Shown here in pieces: positions 55,103 through 64,000 of a stretch of DNA of 64,000 nt. Below the pieces are notes generated by a model. It saw nothing but the letters and a program-made list of their open reading frames with translations. It made no database searches and was not told where the DNA came from. The position numbers and the translations under genes were made by a program. The stretch comes from Octopus vulgaris. Its lineage: Eukaryota. Each line of letters starts with the position of its first letter. Position 1 is the first letter of the stretch. The stretch covers positions 76,756,001 through 76,820,000 of the forward strand of contig OX597824.1 in assembly GCA_951406725.2 (NCBI GenBank). Reading direction: 5' to 3'.

Positions 55103-55104
<2 letters not shown>

Positions 55105-55514
55105 GTGCAAGCATAAGTACTTGCAAAATTTTGAATTTTTTCCTTTTCATAAAATCTTTGAGAAGAAAGCTGAAAAAATGGAAGATCCAAGAAATTGATT
55201 CTTTGAAAATTGTTGCATCCTAGCGATTCAGAACGTGGTGCACGTTTACCTTCATAGGAATGCATACATAAAGAAACAAGCAAATATATGATATAAAAAT
55301 ATTTTACTCCTCAATTTTTTTGTTTGGAATTTCCTTGGAAATTTTTTTTTTGTCACTTCTGTAACAATCGACATATTTACTGCAAATGAATTATTTATCT
55401 AAGTAGTAAGTTTTTGAAATAATCTCTTACAGTTGTTGGGTGTATACATACGTATGCATTAATGCTAGTTTTCCTCAGAAGGCAGAAAGCACGAGAAATA
55501 AATGCTGGTGAGAT

Positions 55515-55866
<352 letters not shown>

Positions 55867-55867
<1 letters not shown>

Positions 55868-56015
55868 GTTTCTTTATTCGCCACACAGGGCTGCACACAG
55901 ATGGGACAAGTTACAAGGTAGAGCTTTTCTTTTGGGGGATGAAAGAAACAAAAAACAAAAGAAACAAAAAAAAAGGGGTGGCGTAGGTTTTCGATCAAGA
56001 GGGATCGTAAAAGGG
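55867..56015 (-). mobile_element. Third 3' UTR copy of the Tx1-like LINE
   Basis: Reverse complement of AAAGAAAAGCTCTACCTTGTAA...GCAGCCCTGTGTGGC..AATAAAGAAAC; abuts (GATA)n. Confidence 0.88.
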
Positions 56016-56501
56016 AAGAAAAGAACTCTTTGTCTTTCATCGTGGAGCACACAAACACATGGCTTATTTCTGTTTAATTAATTATGACTCTTGATGCCGT
56101 AACATAATAGGCCGCCGATGACACTCTAACCAGTTGTAATCTAACCAATCTTCAGTATTTGTTCCAGGGATTTGTTGATGTACACGGTAAAGCTTGTATT
56201 TTACTATGTACATCTGGAATGAATATCGTTCTATATTCAAATACTATCCACCAGTAGAATTCGCGAGATTATCATATGTTTACCAGTAGCACAGTCAGTA
56301 TTAATAAGTCGCCCAGATATGTTATTGATTGAGCAAATGTATCGTCTAGGCGATACATATAATGAATGTTGTATATGGTACAACTGCAACTCGTGGATGT
56401 TTATCCAGCGAGCTGGCAGGAGCCTTTGAATGCCAGGGAAAATGTGTGTGTGTGTGTGTGTGTGTCTGTATATGTGTGTGTGTGTGTGTGTATGTGTGCG
56501 A

Positions 56502-56536
<35 letters not shown>

Positions 56537-56542
56537 TGTGTG

Positions 56543-56742
56543 TGTCTGCGTTTGTCACTCCCGAAACATCGCTTGGCAACCGATGCTGGTGTGTTTACGC
56601 CCCCCGTAAATTAGCGGTTCGGCAAAAAGAGACCGATTTATTCCTTATAGTCTTATAAGGAATAAATCCTGATGTCGATTTGTTCGACTAAAGGCGGTGC
56701 TCCAGCATGGACGCAGTCAAATGATTGGAACAAGTAAAAGAA
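56543..56742 (+). mobile_element. SINE group B 3' part
   Basis: AACATCGCTTGGCAACCGATGCTGGTG...GGCGGTGCTCCAGCATGG. Confidence 0.8.
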
Positions 56743-56782
56743 TATGCATATATATTATATATATATATATATATATTTATAT

Positions 56783-57230
56783 TGTGACGTATATTTGCCA
56801 TATAAATATAGCTAACCCCTAAGTGTGGATGCTACTGTAGTTTGTAGCCCCAGGAGGACACCTCCTCCAGCTGGCTATAGACACACTTTCTGTGCCCTAT
56901 CAGTATTTGCAAAGGGAAGCCATCCTTCCCGTCTTCAGCATGTGATACACACGGACTCGAGTTTCTGGGTATTGACCCGCCGTGAAGGGAACCTACTTTT
57001 CATCGACAACTGTGATTGTCACACGCCGATGACGGGTCAATTACTCAGAAACTCGAGTCCGTGTGTATCATATGCTGAAGACGGGAAGGATGGCTTCCCT
57101 TTGCAAATACTGATAGGGCACAGAAAGCGTGTCTATAGCCAGCTGGAGGAGGCGTCCTCCTGGGGCTACAAACTACAGTAGCATCCACCCTTAGGGGGTA
57201 GCCATATTTAAATGGCAAATATACGTCACA
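56783..57230. mobile_element. Foldback element with ~200-bp arms and TGT...ACA termini
   Basis: 56783-~56983 is the reverse complement of ~57030-57230 with few mismatches; flanks ATAT/ATGT. Confidence 0.9.
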
Positions 57231-57294
57231 ATGTGTTGCAGCTACTGTTTATAACTCGCTCTAAGATTTATTATTGATTATATTTGTATTCATA

Positions 57295-57500
57295 TTTTAC
57301 TCTTTACTCTTTACTCTTTTACTTGTTTCAGTCATTTGACTGCGGCCATGCTGGAGCACCGCCTTTAGTCGAGCAAATCGACCCTGGGACTTATTCTTTG
57401 TAAGCCCAGTACTTATTCTATCGGTCTCTTTTGCCGAACCGCTAAGTGACGGGGACGTAAACACACCAGCATCGGTTGTCAAGCGACGCTAGGGGGACAA

Positions 57501-57535
<35 letters not shown>

Positions 57536-57697
57536 CATATATACGACAGGCTTCTTTCAGTTTCCGTCTACCAAATCCACTCACAAGGCATTGGTCGGCC
57601 CGGGGCTATAGCAGAAATCACTTGCCCAAGGTGCCACGCAGTGGGACTGAACCCGGAACCATGTGGTTGGTTAGCAAGATACTTACCACACAGCCAC
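57295..57697 (-). mobile_element. SINE group B, near full length
   Basis: Matches the 9669 and 11802 copies. Confidence 0.9.
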
Positions 57698-58179
57698 TAC
57701 AGTTATGTACACATGCACTTACACATACGTATGATATACATATAAATGCATATACAACATACATAATGTATACATGCATACAAGCATATTTACATAAACA
57801 CTTAGAAGTTAGAGCCTACACGTGTTTCAGTTAATCTGAAGAGTCAGCATCGTTCTTTTTCGGTGCTATGGTCAATTCAGCCTGCATACATATATCATTT
57901 CTGTACCACTCAACTCGAAATTCTACTTTACGTTAGATTTAAATTCTACATTTAAGTTTTACTGCTGCTTTTCAGTGTTATGTTTGTTTTTAATTCTTGC
58001 ATTTTCTTGTTGTTCCATCAATTCCTTTTTTTTTTTTTTGTTATGCTTGTTCTTACATTATAGAAAATTCGTCTTCCTTCTTCCTTATTTGGTTGTTTTC
58101 TTTCTTTGTTTCTTTCTTTCTTTAACGTTTTTCCTCTTCTTCGACTTCTGCAACTTCGCCTTTTTTCATCTCCCGCTTT

Positions 58180-58196
58180 ATATTCTTCTTCTTCTC

Positions 58197-58232
<36 letters not shown>

Positions 58233-58266
58233 CATATTCCTCTTCTTCTTTTTCCTCTCCTCCTCT

Positions 58267-58298
<32 letters not shown>

Positions 58299-58533
58299 CT
58301 CTTCTTCACCTTCTTCTCCGTCTCCTCTTTCTCGTCGTCCTCTTCCCACTTGCCTTCAGACAGTTATTATTATCATTATTATTATTAGAAATCATTATCA
58401 TTATTATTAGGTTTTGTATCTTCATTATTATTATTATCATTATTATTATTATTATTATTGTTGTTGTTGTCGTTGTCGTTATTATTATTATTAGTAGTAG
58501 TAGTAGTAGTAGCAGTAGTAGTAGTAGTAGTAA

Positions 58534-58588
<55 letters not shown>

Positions 58589-58600
58589 TGTAGTAGTGGT
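58180..58600. repeat. Compound trinucleotide array (CTT, ACT, ATT, GTT, AGT)
   Basis: Direct reading. Confidence 0.92.
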
Positions 58601-59065
58601 ATCGTGCTCCCGTTGTAATACTGAATGTGCCTATTAAAAGAAATCATTGTTATTATATCAGTTGTATTCAATGTTCCGACCATTTATTCTTATTTTTCAA
58701 CATCGTCAACATCAACATCACCATCATCATCATCATCATCATCATCATCAGCCTCGTCAGAAACATCGTCGTTGTCACCAAAATGTTTTTCTTCGTCGTC
58801 GTCACTCAACAAATTGGAGTCGTAAAAAGATGGAGGAAACATTTCAGAGGAAATGATGGGAGATATGAATCGAATTGATGCAATTGAACAAGAACAATTA
58901 ATTGAACGACGGAGACGTGATGGGAATAAATCAAAATAATATATGTGCACGTGCACGCGTTTCCGTATACGTACATATATATACAGAGATACACACACAT
59001 ATATATGTATACATATATATATGTGTGTGTGTATCTGTGTATATATGTGTATATATACATAGTCA

Positions 59066-59137
59066 TCCTCGGCAGTATAGTGGTAAGTATCCTCGCCTGT
59101 CACGCGGGAGACCGGGGTTCGTTTCCCCGCCGGGGAG
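59066..59137 (+). tRNA. tRNA-Asp(GTC), variant or young pseudogene
   Basis: 72 nt; acceptor TCCTCGG/CCGGGGA, anticodon arm CTCGC-CTGTCAC-GCGGG, T arm CGGGG-TTCGTTT-CCCCG; T4 terminator at 59146-59149. C at position 8 and T at 58 are non-canonical. Confidence 0.88.
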
Positions 59138-59360
59138 GCTTATTATTTTAATGGTGGTGCCCCAGCATGGCCACAGCTCGTGAGCTGAAACTAGATGAAA
59201 TAAAAAAAATATATATATATGTATACATACATATGTGAGTGTATCTGTGTGTGTGTGTGTGTGTGTGTGCCTGTGTTTAAATGTGTCTGTCTGCATGTCT
59301 ATCTGTACGTATGCTCGTATGTATCTCTATGTATGTATGCATGCATGCATGTATATATAC

Positions 59361-59400
<40 letters not shown>

Positions 59401-59910
59401 GACCCGAGAGACAGGCAGAGGCAGAGAATAAGAGACGTAGAAACAACGAGGAGGAGACAACTCTTGAGTAACGGAAAACGTAGTCATAACAAAACTCACC
59501 AACCAGAATTATTTCTGGTTGTTCACAGACCCTTTCACAGAAGGATGAAATGAACTAATTGGATAGTTCAAGACCTGTTTAGCTACTTCGTTAGATAGTT
59601 ATCTGGATATCTAGCAAGATGGACAGTTACTTAACTGAATAGCTAATTAATCGGATTGCTAACCAACTGGATAACTATACGCTTGAAAAGATAGTTGGCT
59701 ACTCGACTAACTGGATAACGAGTAAAATATATACTTAAATAACTGGATAGCTAGTTAGCTGGGTTGCTGGACAGCTTAGTTTGATTGTCACCTTACTAGA
59801 TGACTAACAAATGGAACAGTCAGCTACTTAAATAGTATTGTATTGATATTATGTGTTTGGGTAGATTAGCTTGAGAGTTAACTGTTGGGATAACTCGTTA
59901 GATAGATACT

Positions 59911-60410
59911 TACCGTAAATCCTCAAGTATAATACACATTAACTAGGGTTAAAATCCCTAGTGCGTATTATACACGACGTTAAAAATGAAAATTATTTTC
60001 AAAGCAATGTGCGAGTCTCTATTTGCTGTCTGGCAATGTTGATTCAGACGCATTTTGTGATGTTGGGCGTGAAAATACCTTAAGCTAAGCTTGAAAGCAA
60101 TGAAGTCATAAAAGAATCATCCATAACTTGCAGTAAGCAACATTTATTAAACGTTATTACTGTTATTTCTTTATTTTCTGCAAACAAAATGCACAAAAAA
60201 GCTACACGTTTGTATTATGTTATATATAAAATAATAATAAAGTATGTTGCCGTATACATTTCTTTACAAACCAAGGACGTTATATAGACTTCCTTGACTC
60301 AAGTTAGAGAAGGGGTGCGTATTATACACAATGTTTAGATTTTTCAAGGGTACAGCCCTCTAAAAATCTCCTGTGTATTATACTCAAGGGTGGACTATAC
60401 TGAGATCTCA
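59911..60410. mobile_element. Tc1/mariner-pogo-type MITE (TACCGTA terminus, subterminal GCGTATTATAC repeats)
   Basis: Left end TACCGTAAATCCTCAAGTATA; GTGCGTATTATACAC at ~59962 and ~60315, TGTATTATACTCAAGG at ~60374; right TIR eroded. Confidence 0.55.
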
Positions 60411-60989
60411 CTAACAGGATAGTTAACTTACTAATTAATAATTACCCACATAGATCAGAGGATAATTAACTAACTAGATAATTAACTTATTAGTTTGATA
60501 ATCCCTTAACTAGCTAGGTTACTTATAATTAGAATTCTCTTTAACAAGATAGCTAGCACCTACATATCTGCTTAGATTTACAGGATAGCTTGATAGTCAT
60601 GGTAAACAAACTAAGCTAATCTCCTGATCGAACACTTAACTAACTAAATAACAAACATGGTAACTAAGTATTAGATATCTAGGAGTAAACTGGATAGTTA
60701 GCAAACAGAATAATTCGTTGATTCGATACTTAAGCTGTCAGATAGATATCTAACTGATTAGATAGCGATTTGGATAGCAAGTTAAGTTGTTAGCATTCTG
60801 GCTAATTATTAGTATACAGTATAAATAGTATCCAGCTTAATTAACTTTGATCTAGTACTTGACTGGTAATTGTTTGATTACCATCTAGTGAGCTATCAAA
60901 CGAGAGGGAAATTGTAATATGTTCTGAATAGAAATTTGTAGGTAATTCTCTATGTGTATGTATGAACGTATGTATGCTTTTATCCATCC

Positions 60990-61047
<58 letters not shown>

Positions 61048-61294
61048 GTGTGTATATATATGGATTACACACACACGCACACGCTCACGCACACGCTCAC
61101 GCACACGCTCACGCACACGCTCACGCACACACACACACACACACACACAAATATATATTCATAAAGTAATGTGTGTGTGCGTGTGGGGTGCATGTATACA
61201 CGCGCACAATCACTGCGTAATGGAATAAAGACACCATTTGGTCACGAATGACCATAGGATTCGACCTAGAAAGTTTCCACCCGAGGCACAAGTC

Positions 61295-61392
61295 CCGGTA
61301 AGGTTGTTCGTGGAGCGAGCCGTGTGTTGTGTTCTTGGGCAAGACACTTTATTTCACGTTGCTTCAGTTCACTCAGCTGCAGAAATGAGTGG
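61295..61392 (+). mobile_element. SINE core fragment related to 31540-31610
   Basis: GTGTTCTTGGGCAAGACACTTTATTTCACGTTGCT.CAGTTCACTCAGCTG. Confidence 0.6.
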
Positions 61393-61717
61393 AGACGAAT
61401 TGAATTCAGCTGGCGTGTTAGGAATTAAGCCGTATGGCACAGGAAATAAGTTGATGTGACAGCGACCGCTGCCAAATCCAAAAGGGCCAGTAATCGGCCA
61501 GCGGTCACGTGAGAAGAGAAGAGAGAGGAAAAGAGGGACAAAGGAATTAAGGAGGGGAGAAGAGGGAGAGCGAGAAAAGGGAAAGACAGGGACAAGGGAA
61601 AGTAAGAAAAGCAAAGACATGTAAGAGAGGGGCGGGGAAGAGTGTTGTAGAAATCGTACAAGGTTTAGTGAAATGTGTACTTACATATAAGAGAACAAAG
61701 TGTACTACGCCGTTATA

Positions 61718-61757
<40 letters not shown>

Positions 61758-62031
61758 CAAAGTGGGACAAGAACGCAAAACATCCAGAAGATGATACAAA
61801 AAACACGAACGGGTCATTCGAAGCCTTTAATCTTCAGTCAAGAACCGGATCATCCTCGCAATTTCGGCTGATTAATCTTGAGATTGCTCCAATCTGGCCA
61901 GCCCCAAGGAAACACTAAGCTAAGAGCATTAGATTCCTTGGAAAAAAGCTTCGAATGTATACGAGACAAGGACGGAAAAACGGACGATGTTACACGAATA
62001 CAGATACAAAAATGATACAAAAGAACAATGA

Positions 62032-62082
<51 letters not shown>

Positions 62083-62085
<3 letters not shown>

Positions 62086-62325
62086 TGCGTGCCTTCATGT
62101 CTGTGCTTGTCCCCCACTACCGCTTAACAACCGATGTTGGTGTGTTTATGTCTCCGTAACTTAGCAGTTCGGCAAAAGAGACCGATAGAATAAGTACCAG
62201 GTTGTTTTTTTTAAATAAGTAAATAAGTATTGGGAAGTGGTATGCGATTCATTTAACTAAAAATCTTTCAAGGCAGTGCCCCAGCAAGGCCGCAGTTCTA
62301 ATGACAAAACCAAGTAAAGATAAAA
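62083..62325 (+). mobile_element. SINE group B 3' part, diverged
   Basis: CAACCGATGTTGGTGTGTTTA...GTTCGGCAAAAGAGACCGATAGAATAAGTACC. Confidence 0.8.
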
Positions 62326-62813
62326 AAAAAATAAAAGCTCCTTCCTGCAGGAGCAATAGCAGAATGGAAATAACAAGAAGTCATCTTTAACTTCATTGTG
62401 TTCCGAAAGATATTCATTAACTTTAATGAAATACTAACGAGACAAAAAAAATTTGGAAATCACATGACAAAAAAAATAATGAATGACTTCGTTTAAGTGA
62501 TGCGTTAACTTAATGAAATTGCTTTCCTATTTTTGCTTAATGTAAGTAATGTATTATAAATCATTACCACAAATGATTGATTAGCTACCATGTGTCAACA
62601 CGCTAATTGTGCAGATATCAAATCGCCCCAGTAAAAGACAAGGAAAAAAAAAAAACAGAAAAAGCACAAATGTGAACGGAAACTAAGTCATTCTGTTCAC
62701 GTTTAAAGGAGGAAATGCATACTTTTACTTTGATGAGCAGAAATGTAAAAAAAATAAAGAAACGATTCCGAGAATGGAGCGTCGAGAACTTTGTAACGCC
62801 AAAATTAATATAA

Positions 62814-63220
62814 GATGAGCTGGCAGAAACGTTAGCGAAACGGTCGAAATGCTTAGCGATATTTCGTCTGCCGCTAGGTTCTGAGTTCGAATTCCGCCGA
62901 GGTCGACTTTACCTTTATCCTTTCGGGGTCGATTAAATAAGTACCAGTTACGCACTGGGGTCGATGTAATCGACTTAATCCGTTTGTCTGTCCTTGTTTG
63001 TCCCCTCTATGTTTAGCCCCTTGTGGATAATAAAGAAATAGATATTTCGTGTGCCGCTACGTTCTGAGTTCGAATTCCGCCGAGGTCGACTTTACCTTTC
63101 ATCCTTTCGGGGTCGATTAAATAAGTACCAGTTACGCACTGGGGTCGATGTAATCGACTTAATCCGTTTGTCTGTCCTTGTTTGTCCCCTCTGTGTTTAG
63201 CCCCTTGTGGGCAATAAAAA
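62814..63220 (+). mobile_element. SINE group C dimer
   Basis: Two ~183-bp units; TSD AAAATTAATATAA at 62801-62813 and 63221-63233. Confidence 0.9.
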
Positions 63221-63695
63221 AAAATTAATATAATAGTACAGTACATGAGGAAAATAATGTTAATCTAAATATATAGGTCGAATTCTCACATAGCTGAATG
63301 GATGCGAAAAGAATGAGTTTGAATACTCATCCTATATCTTACAGTTTCGCTCTACCCCAAACGATGAGACGACCACAAAACGCAAACATATTAATATATG
63401 GAGGGAAAATAACTCTGATATAAATCAAATGTCGCTCCGAAGACAACAGTTAATATAAAATTATATTCTCCAAATCAAAAATAGACAAAAATAAATAAAA
63501 AAGAAAAAATTGATGTTACGTTGGGTAACACTGGCCTAGATAGGTTGCTTGAAATAAAGTCGGAATAATCATGGTAGGAACGCCTTTGTCTCTTGATATG
63601 CTTAGTCAGAGCAGATGTAGAGGTAAACAGCAGTAAGGATAAAGGCCACATTGAAATAATGTAGCCTGTATTGTGCTGTATTATTTCATTGAAAA

Positions 63696-63906
63696 AGGTG
63701 GCAAGCTAGCAAAGCCGTTAGCACGCCGGACAAAATACTTAGCAGCATTTCGTCCGTTCTCATGTTCTGAGTTCAAAGGTCGACTTTGCCTTTGATCCTT
63801 TCGCTGTCGATAAAGCAAGTACCAGTGAAACGCTGCGGTCGATGTAGTCGATTAGTTCCCTCCCACCAAAATTTCAGGAATTGTGCCATTGGTAGAAAGG
63901 ATTATT
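63696..63906 (+). mobile_element. SINE group C monomer with alternative tail
   Basis: AAGGTGGCAAGCTAGCA...GTCGACTTTGCCTTTGATCCTTTC...GTAGAAAGGATTATT. Confidence 0.8.
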
Positions 63907-64000
63907 TCAATGAAATCTGTTTACTGTTTCTAGAACGCCGAACAACTAAATAAACGCCATCACATTGAATATGGCTCCTGTTTCTGAGGACTGAGGGTTA

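Overview
AT-rich, microsatellite-saturated eukaryotic non-coding DNA. The repeat families and composition point to an Octopus (cephalopod) genome; this is an inference, not a database result. I recognise no host protein-coding exon, and almost all of the ORF track is translated simple repeat. Supportable content: one tRNA-Asp(GTC) gene or pseudogene; many copies of three tRNA-headed SINE groups; fragments of non-LTR retrotransposons (Tx1/L1-like, RTE, R4/Dong-like, HERO-like, Penelope-like with GIY-YIG and hammerhead motifs); mariner remnants and MITEs; a hAT MITE; two non-autonomous Helitrons; and several foldback elements. The most interesting system is a Tx1-like LINE whose 3' end abuts (TATC)n in all three copies. 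It shares its terminal ~50 nt with a Nin/Deu-domain SINE that occurs as head-to-tail multimers. Other highlights are MITEs carrying internal TTAGGG tracts, SINE head/body/tail shuffling, Penelope hammerheads next to (TA)n, and a possibly permuted hammerhead in a HERO-like 3' UTR.
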